Shown piece after piece: positions 32,456-41,825 of a DNA stretch of 64,000 nucleotides (position 1 is its first letter; every line of letters begins with the position of its first letter). Source of the DNA: an uncultured virus (IMG/VR IMGVR_UViG_3300020213_000033) (taxonomy: Duplodnaviria > Heunggongvirae > Uroviricota > Caudoviricetes); the IMG/VR virus record IMGVR_UViG_3300020213_000033; one strand, written 5' to 3'. A program made the position numbers and the translations under genes. Below the pieces are notes generated by a model. The model worked only from the letters and a program-made list of their open reading frames with translations. It was not told where the DNA came from and did not search any database.

Positions 32456-33709
32456 CTAGCGACGGCCGTGATCGGCGTCCCGCTTGTTCTCGCGGGACAT
32501 CCACGACTCGAAGGATTCGCCTTCGTCGTCCTCGTCGTCCACTACTGACGCCTTGCTGCTCGCGCCCACCGGCCGGATGGGGGTTGCAGCGCGTGAGACA
32601 GTCGTACCGGAACGCCGCGAGCCGGAGGCACGGGGTTCGGGCGAGGACGAGGACGAGAGGCGCGCATCTAGCGCGGCGATCCGCCTTCCGGCAGACGCCG
32701 AATCGAGCGACCGAATCTGTTCAAACGTCTCGCTGCTTTCCGCGAGATGCAACAGCACGGCCGTAGGATCGTCCGACTCCATGATGGCGTCGAACATCAC
32801 CGTCGAGAAGTCCAGCGATTGCAGGATCGCCGCGGATTCGACGTTCTTGCCGAGCGCGTAGAGCAGATCGGCGCCCTTGGGATGCATCCGCACCACGTCG
32901 CGCATGAACGGTGTCTGTTCAACCCCCGCGGCGCGCAAGTCCGCCATGGCGGTGGCGAAGTCGGGGGTGCTGGCCTTGACTGCATCGACGCGGGCCTGCA
33001 GGCCGGCGTTGATGGTGGCTTCGGCTGCGCGCGCCTCGATGCTCTCGACGCGGGCGACCGCCTCCGCCTGCACGCGCGCGAGTTCGGCGGCGAAGTGGCC
33101 TTTCACCACGCCTTCCGAGGCGGCCGCGCGCGCGTCGCGGTAGGCCTCGAGATCGTCATTGAAGACGTCCCAGTCCTTGCCCGCGTCGTCGTATTCCTTC
33201 CAGACGGGCTTCTTCGGGAGCGTGGCCGGCGCGGCGGCGGCGGCGTCTGGCGCCACGGGGGTGTCGCGCGGGAAGCCGGGGCGGGCCTGCTCGCGGGAGG
33301 CGGCCAATTGGGCGCGGATGTCCGCGAGTTCCTTGGCGGCGGCATCGCGCTCGCGGATGGTGTCGTGCTTCTCGCGCGTCCTGGTGGCGATCTCCTTTTG
33401 GAGTTCGGCCACACGCCCCTCGACCGTGCGCTTCGGCTTGCTGACGGCCTCGGTGGCCTTCTCGGCCTTCTCGGCCTTCGCGCTGCCGGCGCCGGTGGAC
33501 TCGACCGATCCGTCCGCGTGCTCGATGCGCTCGCCGGGGGGCGTCTCGTCGCCTGGCGCCACGTCGGCCGGCGTGTCGTGACTCAGGGTGTGGCGGAGTT
33601 CCTCGGCCGTTTCCCGGATCTGCCCGCCATCGGTGATGACGAAGTCGTCATCGGAGACCACCGTGGGGGCTGCGGCGAAGTCGTCAATCGGGGTGGGGGT
33701 GTCGGCCAT
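32456..33709 (-). CDS. Scaffolding protein
   Basis: Acidic, coiled-coil, GADLLYALGKN; between portal and coat. Confidence 0.8.
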   Translation of the reverse strand: MADTPTPIDDFAAAPTVVSDDDFVITDGGQIRETAEELRHTLSHDTPADVAPGDETPPGERIEHADGSVESTGAGSAKAEKAEKATEAVSKPKRTVEGRVAELQKEIATRTREKHDTIRERDAAAKELADIRAQLAASREQARPGFPRDTPVAPDAAAAAPATLPKKPVWKEYDDAGKDWDVFNDDLEAYRDARAAASEGVVKGHFAAELARVQAEAVARVESIEARAAEATINAGLQARVDAVKASTPDFATAMADLRAAGVEQTPFMRDVVRMHPKGADLLYALGKNVESAAILQSLDFSTVMFDAIMESDDPTAVLLHLAESSETFEQIRSLDSASAGRRIAALDARLSSSSSPEPRASGSRRSGTTVSRAATPIRPVGASSKASVVDDEDDEGESFESWMSRENKRDADHGRR

Positions 33710-33727
33710 AGTCCCTGCTCGGCTCAT

Positions 33728-33758
33728 ACTCTACACGTCAAACGGTTGGCGCTGTCAA
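33728..33758 (-). promoter_or_regulatory. Candidate sigma70 promoter for scaffold/coat
   Basis: TTGACA-19nt-TAGAGT (long spacer). Confidence 0.35.
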
Positions 33759-36523
33759 CTTTTTGCCGCTTTCGGCTTCGTCGCGCGCGCCTCCCGGCCA
33801 GTGGCCGCCTCGGCGATCTGGGCCTGTCGGCGGTCGGTGGCTGCCGCGAGGGCGCCTTTCCGCGCGTCGGCGCGCTCGGCCTGCACGTCCTGTCGCACGC
33901 CGTCGCGGCTCGCGCGCTGCTCGTCGCCCTCGCGCTGCTCGCGGGCAAGGGCGCGCTGCCGACTCGCCGCGCTGCCGGCCATCAATTCCTTTCGCACGTC
34001 GCCGCGCACCGCGCGCGTCTCGTCGCGGTCGCCGGCACGGGCGGCACGCTGGTCCTGGTCCTCGGAGAGCTGCGCTTCGAGGGACGCCTCGAGCCGGGCC
34101 ATGAGGACGTCGTGCGCCTGCTGCGACTCGCCCATCGCGGCGTCGATCTCGCCCTGCAGCGTGGCGACGTCCACCTTGCCGCCGCCGTTCATCTGCGCGA
34201 TGGCCAGTTGCGTGCGCGTCGTGGCGAGCACGGTGCGCTCGCGGGAGGCGTTGGATTCCTGCGCGATCATCAGTTGCGTCTGGTACTGGCTGCGCCGGGT
34301 CTGAATCTCGGTCGTGGCCTCCTGCAGTTGCTGCTGCATCTGCTGCAGCTGCATGGTGAGACCCTGGATCTTCGCCATCGCCTCCGGCGACATGTCCGAG
34401 TCGTCGTCCTCGTCGCCCGGCAGGTTGGCGATTGCGGGCTGCACCGCCTTGATGCGGGCCGACAGTTGCTCCGCGATGTCGCCTTCCATCTGCGAGGCGA
34501 GCAGGTCGGCCATGAGCGGCGCGAGGGCGGGGGCGGCTTCCATGATGGCGCGGATCGATTCGCTGTTCTGGTCCTTCGCGCTCTGCGTGCTTGGCCCGAC
34601 GCCCACGGCGATGGTGTAATCGGCGTCGGCGTCGAAGGTGTAGAGTTTCGTGCGCTGCGGCTTCGCCATCCCCGGCATCTGCACCGACTGGCCGACCATG
34701 CCCTCCGGCGGCATGCCTGGGGGGACCGGCACGGCTTGCGGCCCGTCCGGGGTCTGCACGAAGGGGGCGCCGACGATCGCGTACTCCTCCTGGTCGCGCT
34801 CACCGAGCAAGCGCATGACGCGGCCGGGGCGGTCGTAGATGTGGGGCAGGAGGTCCACGATGATGCGCGCTTCGTAGGCCATCGAGATTTCGGCCAGGTT
34901 CGTGAGGAAATGCGAGCTGCCGACCTGGGCCTGCTGCTGGAGCGACTGCACCGCCTTGCCGCTGCGCTCGCTCGAGTATTGGCCGAGGGACGCTTCGTGC
35001 CGGCCGGTGATGTCCTTGATGTCCTGGTCGGCGGCTTGCGCGGCGATCGTGATCGCCTGGATCGCCGGCTCAGACGTGTTGCGCTGCGGCGGGGGCATGA
35101 GATGGCCGTCGTGGCTCGTCGGCTTGTAGACCAGGACCGAGTGATTCTCGGAGTTCGCCGTGTCCCACTCCGGATAGAGCTCGGTCTGGCCCTCGGCGGC
35201 GATGTAGGGCGCGCGGGGGGCGAGCGCCACGGCTTCGACCTGGGCCGAGCGGTGATACTCGTAGGACCGATTCGCGTCCTTGCCCACGGTGTAGATGCCT
35301 TTGAAGGTCCGCTCGCCGTTGACGTTGTGCTCCTCGCCGACGACTTCCACGATCGGGATGAAGCGGCCGGGCCACTGCTCCTCGTCGAGGATTTCTTCGC
35401 CGTTAAGGACTTCCCATCGCACCACCGGCGTGACGATCTCGCGCTTCAACACGTCCGGCGGTAACTGCACGGTCGGCGGGATCTCGTCGGCCCACATCTC
35501 CTGATGGCCCTGCCCGGTCGGCACCCACAGCTTGGTGCGGCGCTCGTACTCGACGTAGAAGTGCTCGGCGACGCGGATCGTGGCCTCGGTAATCCAGCCG
35601 GGCGGCGTGTCGCCGGTCCCTGTAAGCGCGCCGCCCTCGTGCTGCGCGTCGGTCCCGTCTTCCACTACCGACCCGGCCAGAATCTCGCCGTAGGTCTGCT
35701 CCTCGAGCGCCTTGCGGATCTTCTTGGCCAGCTTGCTGTCCGGGTAGCGGTCTGGATAGTCCCGCGTCGGGATGTCCTCGGTGATGAGGCAGAATTTCAT
35801 GTCCGAGCCGTCCGGCTCCTTGCGCCAGGGGTCCGGGTAGACCGCGAATTGGTTCAGGATGCGACTGACGACGATGTCGAGGTCGCGATCCTTGTCGTTG
35901 GCGTACTTCGTTTCGATGCGGTAGTAGCCGCGGCCACAGGTGATCACGCGGTCGAGGGCCCAGTTGCGCGCGATGTGCGCGCGGCTGTCGACTTCAATGG
36001 CCCGCACCGCGTCCTGCACCAGTTGGGCGTTCTTCTTCGTCGCCCGGCCCGCCTTCGCCTTGATGCGGATACTGAGGCGCGCGTTGCGGGCCTCGTTCAT
36101 CGTCTGCCGCTTCGGTACGGCCAGCTTGTCGAGCACCAGCATGGGGCGCCCGTACCCCGGCTTGCCGGACTCGCCATTCGTCTCGCCGCTGCGCCGCGTG
36201 ATGTCGCCAGCCGTCCAGTGGTCCTCGAGGCGGGCGCGCGCGTACTTCAGGTCGTCGAGTTCGGCGCGGCGTTGGTCTTCGTCGGCGCTGCTCGAGGTCT
36301 TGAAGTTGCGGATAGCGCGGGCGTGCCGCTTGCGGAGGGCGTCGGCGCGGGCGATCTCGTCGGGCGTGACGGGGGTCGCGTCTGGGTCGCCGCCGGCTTC
36401 CACGATCGCGTCGTAGTCGCCTCTGCCGCGGCTGACCATGTCCACGCCGTAGGCGTTGTTGGTGCCCTCAACCGGATCGATGCGGGGGAGCGACGGGGGC
36501 CGGCGCCCTGGAGTGGTGGCCAT
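33755..36523 (-). CDS. Portal protein, P22-like
   Basis: CGRGYYRI; VYPDPWRKEPDGSDMKFCLI; WPGRFIPIVEVVG; long helical C-terminal barrel. Confidence 0.93.
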   Translation of the reverse strand: MATTPGRRPPSLPRIDPVEGTNNAYGVDMVSRGRGDYDAIVEAGGDPDATPVTPDEIARADALRKRHARAIRNFKTSSSADEDQRRAELDDLKYARARLEDHWTAGDITRRSGETNGESGKPGYGRPMLVLDKLAVPKRQTMNEARNARLSIRIKAKAGRATKKNAQLVQDAVRAIEVDSRAHIARNWALDRVITCGRGYYRIETKYANDKDRDLDIVVSRILNQFAVYPDPWRKEPDGSDMKFCLITEDIPTRDYPDRYPDSKLAKKIRKALEEQTYGEILAGSVVEDGTDAQHEGGALTGTGDTPPGWITEATIRVAEHFYVEYERRTKLWVPTGQGHQEMWADEIPPTVQLPPDVLKREIVTPVVRWEVLNGEEILDEEQWPGRFIPIVEVVGEEHNVNGERTFKGIYTVGKDANRSYEYHRSAQVEAVALAPRAPYIAAEGQTELYPEWDTANSENHSVLVYKPTSHDGHLMPPPQRNTSEPAIQAITIAAQAADQDIKDITGRHEASLGQYSSERSGKAVQSLQQQAQVGSSHFLTNLAEISMAYEARIIVDLLPHIYDRPGRVMRLLGERDQEEYAIVGAPFVQTPDGPQAVPVPPGMPPEGMVGQSVQMPGMAKPQRTKLYTFDADADYTIAVGVGPSTQSAKDQNSESIRAIMEAAPALAPLMADLLASQMEGDIAEQLSARIKAVQPAIANLPGDEDDDSDMSPEAMAKIQGLTMQLQQMQQQLQEATTEIQTRRSQYQTQLMIAQESNASRERTVLATTRTQLAIAQMNGGGKVDVATLQGEIDAAMGESQQAHDVLMARLEASLEAQLSEDQDQRAARAGDRDETRAVRGDVRKELMAGSAASRQRALAREQREGDEQRASRDGVRQDVQAERADARKGALAAATDRRQAQIAEAATGREARATKPKAAKS

Positions 36524-36984
36524 CAGTCGATCCCCTTGTCGTGGCCGTCAGCGATGGCCTCGTCCAGCCACTGCTGCGGGGACTTGTCGCCGTACTGCTG
36601 GCGGATCGCGTCCGGGTGGCTCGCCTCTTCGATGACCCACGACTTGTCGATCTCGGCCTGCGTGGGCGGGGTCACGGGCTCCACCTGGTCGAGGAACGCG
36701 CCAGCCAGGTGCATGGCCTCCGCGTGATCCTGGTCGAGCGTGAACCGCGCCTGCACCGCGCCGCAGAAAAACAGATAGGCCCTGTCGCAGATTTCGTCCG
36801 GCAGGTCCATGACTGGTGCGAACGCTTCCCGCATCGTTGCCCGCCACACCTTCTCACCCTGGGCGACGACTTCGCAGAGGATCAGGTCGTCGGCGCAGAT
36901 ACCCTCGATGACTCGCCGGATCTGCAGCTTCGCGATCTGCTGCGGCGAATACTCGCTCTCGATGCGCTTGAAGGGGCGGCTCAT
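36523..36984 (-). CDS. Hypothetical protein
   Basis: TGATG overlaps at both ends. Confidence 0.7.
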   Translation of the reverse strand: MSRPFKRIESEYSPQQIAKLQIRRVIEGICADDLILCEVVAQGEKVWRATMREAFAPVMDLPDEICDRAYLFFCGAVQARFTLDQDHAEAMHLAGAFLDQVEPVTPPTQAEIDKSWVIEEASHPDAIRQQYGDKSPQQWLDEAIADGHDKGID

Positions 36985-37229
36985 CAGTCGCGTAGCCGCA
37001 CCGCGAACTCGGGCTGCATCTTGGCCCAGCCGTACAGGACGTCGACACGCGCGGCGTGCCGGTCGGTCACGACGTCATACGCCTTGAGGAACCGCACGGA
37101 AAAGGCGAGCGGCTCGAAGACGAGCGGCGGCGGGGCGACGGGGATCTGGACGGTGGCCACGCCGAGGACGGCCAGTCCGAGTGCCGCGATGAAGTGCCGC
37201 CGCTTGATGCCGTTCTCGAGTGGGGCCAT
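36984..37229 (-). CDS. 81-aa twin-arginine-leader protein fused to a copy of the capsid C-terminus
   Basis: KRRHFIAALGLAVLGVA; SVRFLKAYDVVTDRHAARVDVLYGWAKMQPEFAVRL matches coat C-terminus; GAGG RBS. Confidence 0.75.
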   Translation of the reverse strand: MAPLENGIKRRHFIAALGLAVLGVATVQIPVAPPPLVFEPLAFSVRFLKAYDVVTDRHAARVDVLYGWAKMQPEFAVRLRD

Positions 37230-37247
37230 GCTTGCCTCGGTGGACGT

Positions 37248-37322
37248 TGGTTGCAGGAGCGGGAATTGAACCCGCGGCTTCCAGGTTATGAGCCTGGCGC
37301 TCTGCCACTGAGCTACCCTGCG
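37248..37322 (-). tRNA. tRNA with CAU anticodon (Met/fMet-like), encoded CCA
   Basis: CGCAGGGTAGCTCAGTGGCAGAGCGCCAGGCT-CAT-AACCTGGAAGCCGCGGGTTCAATTCCCGCTCCTGCAACCA folds as a cloverleaf. Confidence 0.95.
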
Positions 37323-37487
37323 ACCCAGAGCATACACGAAACCGTCAGCGCGTTGACGCTTTCCGTGGTGGCGTCGGCTTCTGCGGGGGCGGCGGCGGCA
37401 AGGCGAGCGCGTCTCGAACCCACTCCCGGTTCAGCGCGCATAGGTGGCAGGCCGGATTCCCGCAGTCGCGGACGGCGCAGCACGGCA

Positions 37488-37727
37488 TCAGCGGCGGCTA
37501 TCGCTGGTGACGACGCTGGTGACGACGAACGTGCCTGCGTATCCGGAGAGGGTGATCACCTCCCCTGGGCGGAGACGCCGTAATCGAGGCCACTCGGCGT
37601 GCTGCGGGCGCACGATGTCGAAGTAGCTCCGCTGGCCCGGTATCCACAGGGCGCGCTCTGGGTCGAACACGGCGCCGGCGACGGCGGCGGTCGTCGCGGC
37701 AAGGAAGCGGCGGCGCGTGAGAGTCAT
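37488..37727 (-). CDS. 79-aa twin-arginine-leader protein
   Basis: [25 protein letters not shown] coupling to upstream gene. Confidence 0.7.
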   Translation of the reverse strand: MTLTRRRFLAATTAAVAGAVFDPERALWIPGQRSYFDIVRPQHAEWPRLRRLRPGEVITLSGYAGTFVVTSVVTSDSRR

Positions 37728-38308
37728 CACCAGCCCCACATCACCGGCGGCTCGAGCGTGCCGAACACGACGTGCGTGAGGCGCGCGCCATCGCCCTCCC
37801 CGTGGTTCTCCTCGAGGCTCCGCGAATGGAACAGGTCCGACTTGAACAGCACCAGCCGGTTGAACTTGGCCGAGACGCGGACCCACGGCTTCCACAGCCG
37901 GCGGTTCCGCATGCCCGTGAGATTCCAATCGCCATCGATCGCGCCAGAGTGCCGGTGGCGCCAGAACGTGGTGCCGTCGCCCGCGACGTCCACCGGGGTC
38001 ATGTAGTAGATGGCCGTCATGTCGCCCATCATCGCGTCGGAGTGGATGAAGTTCGGTTCGACTTGGCCGCGGGGGCTCTGCCTGGTGAACGAGAGCGTGG
38101 GCGTGAAGCTGGGCACCAGCGCATCGAGCGCCGCGAGGAGGTCGATGGTCGCCTGCTCCGCGATGCCGTGGAAGGTGTCGTCGCCGAACGTGACCGAACG
38201 CCGGGGCATCGCCAGCGCCGCGGCGCGTACGGCGTGCGGGTTCGGCAAGACGTCGTCGAAGATCTGGATGATCTGCATCGCGGGGGCGGTGGTTGGTGCG
38301 GCGCCCAT
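37727..38308 (-). CDS. 2OG-Fe(II) oxygenase-like protein (DUF6445-like)
   Basis: IFDDVLPNP; FIHSD (HxD); GTTFW; KFNRLVLFKSDLFHSR. Confidence 0.75.
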   Translation of the reverse strand: MGAAPTTAPAMQIIQIFDDVLPNPHAVRAAALAMPRRSVTFGDDTFHGIAEQATIDLLAALDALVPSFTPTLSFTRQSPRGQVEPNFIHSDAMMGDMTAIYYMTPVDVAGDGTTFWRHRHSGAIDGDWNLTGMRNRRLWKPWVRVSAKFNRLVLFKSDLFHSRSLEENHGEGDGARLTHVVFGTLEPPVMWGW

Positions 38309-38568
38309 CACGTCAGCCAGTTGTCGAGCGGGACGCGCTCCACCGTCGCCGCGTCGACGCGCACGGCCGCCACGCTCGCGGCCTCGGCGGTCAGGTGGGC
38401 ACTGACGAGCGTGTGCTGGTCCATCACGACCCAGATGCCGCACTCCGGGGTGAGGTCACGGCGCACTGCGCGCGAGACGATCGCCGCGATCCCGATGCGC
38501 TCGGCCGCCGCCCGCGCGACGAGCGCCGACCACAGGTCAGACGGGATGCCACGCCAGGTGAACGTCAT
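38308..38568 (-). CDS. Small protein, possible ribbon-helix-helix
   Basis: FTWRGIPSDLWSALVARAAAERIGIAAIV; coupled overlaps. Confidence 0.5.
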   Translation of the reverse strand: MTFTWRGIPSDLWSALVARAAAERIGIAAIVSRAVRRDLTPECGIWVVMDQHTLVSAHLTAEAASVAAVRVDAATVERVPLDNWLT

Positions 38569-38813
38569 CGACGGCGCCTCCGCCTGCGGGACTGCGCGCG
38601 TCCCGCCTGGGCCAGCGCGCCCGAGCGGGCGGCCTTCTCCATGACGCCGGCGGCGGTGCGTGGCGGGTGGATGCGATCGAAGAATACCTCCCGGCAGGTC
38701 TGGCACCAGATCAGGACGACCGCATCGTCCTCGTGGGCCACCGCGGTGGTATGCGAGGGGTGGTGCCACGCGTGGGCGAGCCTCTTCAGGGTGGCGACGA
38801 CTCGTGCGGTCAC
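38565..38813 (-). CDS. Small hypothetical protein (CxxC)
   Basis: ATGA overlap with downstream gene. Confidence 0.5.
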   Translation of the reverse strand: MTARVVATLKRLAHAWHHPSHTTAVAHEDDAVVLIWCQTCREVFFDRIHPPRTAAGVMEKAARSGALAQAGRAQSRRRRRRR

Positions 38814-38823
38814 TGGTCTGCTC

Positions 38824-39006
38824 CTACTCGTCGACGCGCGACGTCTGGGCCGTGTTCTTGAAGCTCCCGCGCTGGTCGAGCTGCTTGATGCGCGCCGAGA
38901 GCTCGTTGACCGCGGCCGGCGTGCCGGTCACGAGGCTGTCTTCGGGGACTCCGGCCCAGATCGCCTCGGCCATCGAGCGGTAGATGTCGCCGTTTCTGGT
39001 GTCCAT
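38824..39006 (-). CDS. Small hypothetical protein
   Basis: AGGAG RBS before ATG 39006. Confidence 0.6.
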   Translation of the reverse strand: MDTRNGDIYRSMAEAIWAGVPEDSLVTGTPAAVNELSARIKQLDQRGSFKNTAQTSRVDE

Positions 39007-39018
39007 GTTGTTCTGCTC

Positions 39019-40473
39019 CTAGCTGCCCATCCACGATCCGCCGCCGGCCTGGCGCCCGCGGTTGAACGCGACGCGCCGCTGCTGGGCCTTGGTCGTCACC
39101 GGCCGCGCGCGCTTGATGCCGGAGTATATCGCGTAGCGGGTGGCGTCCATGCAGTGGTCGTTCTTTTTCACGATGCGGCCCTTCGCGTCGCGCTGATACA
39201 TGCGCCACTCGTCCCACCACTCGGTGCAGCTCGCGAAGACCTTGAGGCGGCCATCCGAGAAGAGCTGCCAGACCGACGCGATGCCCGCTTCGACGCTTTT
39301 GTCGGCCAGCTCGAGGTCGAGGCCGCCACGCTGGTAGACGCGGATCAGCTGTTCGGCGTCGCCGGCCGTCACGATGAGCGCCGCCGCATCGCCAGACCCG
39401 GGGATGCCCTCGCCGCGAGCGCGGATCGCGGAGAGATGCACGGCGGGCTCGGGGCTCTCACGCTTGTAGCTGTCGGTCACGATGACGCGGCCCCCGGCGG
39501 ACGGTTCGATCGCGAGCCAGACCGCGGCTGTCGCCTTCGCGCCGCCGCCCACGTCCAGGCCGAAGCACTTGTTCCAGTGGGGCGGGATCTCGAAGTTGGG
39601 GACGCGCAGCTCTGATTCGGGGAAGGCCCACACGGCGCCGGAGCCCAGTTGGGGGATGCCCTGGCTGCGCGCGTCACGCTGGAACGGTGGCGTCGTGGCG
39701 AGGAGTTCAGCCTTTTCGGCCTCGCCGAGGTGCGGGACGTGGTCCCACCCGGCGGTGGTCAGATGGAGATACTGCGCGGCCTCGGGCGACGGCGAGACGA
39801 ACATCGAGACGACGTCCGACATGCCCTGGAGCGGCGTGAAGGTCGTGATCATCAGGCCCGACGTGGTCATGGTACGCACGACGGCCTCGGCGTAGCAGTC
39901 GAGCGGAGGTTCTTCGTCGAACCACACGATGTGCTGCTCGGTGCCCTCGAAGCTTTTACTTCCCTGCTCGTAGGACTTGAACTGGATGATGCTCGTGCCG
40001 CCGTCGTTGTGCCGCACCCACACCGTGTCGAGCGCGCCGGGGTTGTGCGGCTTGCGGGTGGCGTGAATCACCCGGTCGAGCGGGATCATCCCGCCCCCGG
40101 AGAGGGTGCCATCCTCGCCTACCGCGCCGACGAGCGCCTTCTGCAAGATGTTTTTGGTGGTTCCCGTGTCCTTGCCCGCGGCCCAGACGTCGATTCGGTG
40201 CGGGAAGACGCGGCCCGTCCACCAGTCCGGGTACTCGCCAGTGGCGTGCGCGGCAACCTCGTAGGCGCCTGAGCGGGTCTTCCCAACCCGGTTCGCGGCC
40301 ATGAACAGCCGCTGCCGGTGTTGCGCGCCCGCCTTGAAGTGGTCCATGTGCCGCGGGTACAGCTCGCGGCGGACGGGGCCCGACTCCGGGAAGTAGGTGT
40401 ACAGCTCGCAGCCCTCGAGCGCCACGAGCCGCGCGGTGGCGGCATGGAGACGCTGGACGGCTTCGATGGTCAT
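39019..40473 (-). CDS. Terminase large subunit
   Basis: AANRVGKT Walker A; VWFDEEPP; TFTPLQG; GLDVG; DHCMDATRY. Confidence 0.95.
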   Translation of the reverse strand: MTIEAVQRLHAATARLVALEGCELYTYFPESGPVRRELYPRHMDHFKAGAQHRQRLFMAANRVGKTRSGAYEVAAHATGEYPDWWTGRVFPHRIDVWAAGKDTGTTKNILQKALVGAVGEDGTLSGGGMIPLDRVIHATRKPHNPGALDTVWVRHNDGGTSIIQFKSYEQGSKSFEGTEQHIVWFDEEPPLDCYAEAVVRTMTTSGLMITTFTPLQGMSDVVSMFVSPSPEAAQYLHLTTAGWDHVPHLGEAEKAELLATTPPFQRDARSQGIPQLGSGAVWAFPESELRVPNFEIPPHWNKCFGLDVGGGAKATAAVWLAIEPSAGGRVIVTDSYKRESPEPAVHLSAIRARGEGIPGSGDAAALIVTAGDAEQLIRVYQRGGLDLELADKSVEAGIASVWQLFSDGRLKVFASCTEWWDEWRMYQRDAKGRIVKKNDHCMDATRYAIYSGIKRARPVTTKAQQRRVAFNRGRQAGGGSWMGS

Positions 40474-41075
40474 CGCGCCGTCAGGTCGGGGAGGATGATG
40501 ACCGCGCTGGGGGTCGGGAGGTCGTGGTGGTCGAGCACGACCGCCAGCGCGGAGCGTGGGAACAGCCGGCGGAAGTCGGGGGCCATGACCATCTGCGCCG
40601 CGTTCGTGGCGGCCAACCGGACGGCCTCGCTGCCCATGTACCGCGGCTGCTCGGGCGTCCCCTTGTCCTCGGCCTCCGGCGTCCAGACCCAGGTGCCGGG
40701 CACGCCAGGCGTCTGTGACGGGTGTCCAGACGGTGGGGAGGGGGCATTTTCCTTAGCCTTTTCTTCGGCGTGCAACAAGTCGATGCTCATGGCGAGCTCT
40801 TCCGCCAGGCGTCGGGCCTGGTAATGGTCGAGGGCCGAGAGCTGAACGATAAAGCGCCGCACTAGTTCCGCCGTGCGATACCGAATCGTGTCTCGTGCGT
40901 TCATGGTCTGCTCCTGACGAGTGGAAGTCCCTAGCCGTGGGCGCCTCTGCCACGGGATGGCCGACGGTCTGCGGCATTGCGTGCCGCTTGGCGCGTAGCG
41001 TGTCGTCACCCCGCACGTCAACGCGCCCTCGAGGGCGAGCCGGGCGATGGCGACGGCGGTGTAGTCAGCGGACAT
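40470..41075 (-). CDS. Hypothetical protein (alternative start 40904)
   Basis: AGGAG RBS before both ATG 41075 and ATG 40904. Confidence 0.55.
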   Translation of the reverse strand: MSADYTAVAIARLALEGALTCGVTTRYAPSGTQCRRPSAIPWQRRPRLGTSTRQEQTMNARDTIRYRTAELVRRFIVQLSALDHYQARRLAEELAMSIDLLHAEEKAKENAPSPPSGHPSQTPGVPGTWVWTPEAEDKGTPEQPRYMGSEAVRLAATNAAQMVMAPDFRRLFPRSALAVVLDHHDLPTPSAVIILPDLTAR

Positions 41076-41270
41076 CGCCTGCTCCTAGCGAGTGAAAAGG
41101 CCCGGCCGTGGCTGGCACCGGCGCTTGGCTGGCACGACCACGGACGGGCAAACATCCGACGGCTCGTGCGAGCGAGCCACCGGAGAGGGCCAGTATGCCC
41201 CGCTTCGGTGGAAAAGCGTTACGGGTGGGCACGCGGGGCTGCGGAGGGCCCTGCCGGCGCGGCGCCATCG

Positions 41271-41825
41271 TCATTCGGTCGTCCATGGCGTCTGGCTCTG
41301 TCGCTTCAGGCCGCGTGGGAACGTGAGCGTGGGGCTGGTGAAGCTCTTCTCCTCGAACACCGTGTGGTTGGTGGGCTGGATCGTGAGCCAGCCGCTATCG
41401 AGCTGCACGAACGTGAATTCCTTGGCCTGGTCTGGCGAGGCGCTGTAGCCGTCTCCGACTGGGGCCACGGTGAAGAGGTAGGTGCCGAGGTGGTCGTGGC
41501 GGTGCGCGCGCACAAGGCACCGGAGCCCGGCGAGATACGCGTATTCGAGGGCGGTGAAGTCGGTGCCGTAGCAATCCCACGTCTGCGCGTCTTGAGGCGT
41601 CCACAGCCCGGTCGGCGCAGGGTCGAACGCCAGCGCGTGCGGCGGGAGATTGCGGTAGATCGCGCCGGACTCCAGCAGCACCGTGCAGCCCCACATCCGG
41701 CCCGGATGACTGACCAGGCCAAACCACACCGCGGGCACGAATCCGACCGGCTCTCGGTGCGTGTGCGCCGTGTCCACCCAGCAATAGAGATGGCGAGGTA
41801 ACTCGCCGTTCAGCGTGTAGCGCAT
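41271..41825 (-). CDS. Phage hypothetical protein
   Basis: Globular-looking 184-aa ORF (LLESGAIYRNLPPHAL, WDCYG, YLFTV, IQPTN). Confidence 0.7.
   Translation of the reverse strand: MRYTLNGELPRHLYCWVDTAHTHREPVGFVPAVWFGLVSHPGRMWGCTVLLESGAIYRNLPPHALAFDPAPTGLWTPQDAQTWDCYGTDFTALEYAYLAGLRCLVRAHRHDHLGTYLFTVAPVGDGYSASPDQAKEFTFVQLDSGWLTIQPTNHTVFEEKSFTSPTLTFPRGLKRQSQTPWTTE

Noticed and set aside
37248..37322. tRNA as prophage attachment site
   Set aside because: No duplicated tRNA 3' end noticed and no integrase; it lies inside the packaging module.
36984..37337. ORF-track start at 37337
   Set aside because: Runs through the tRNA; ATG 37229 with GAGG is the plausible start.
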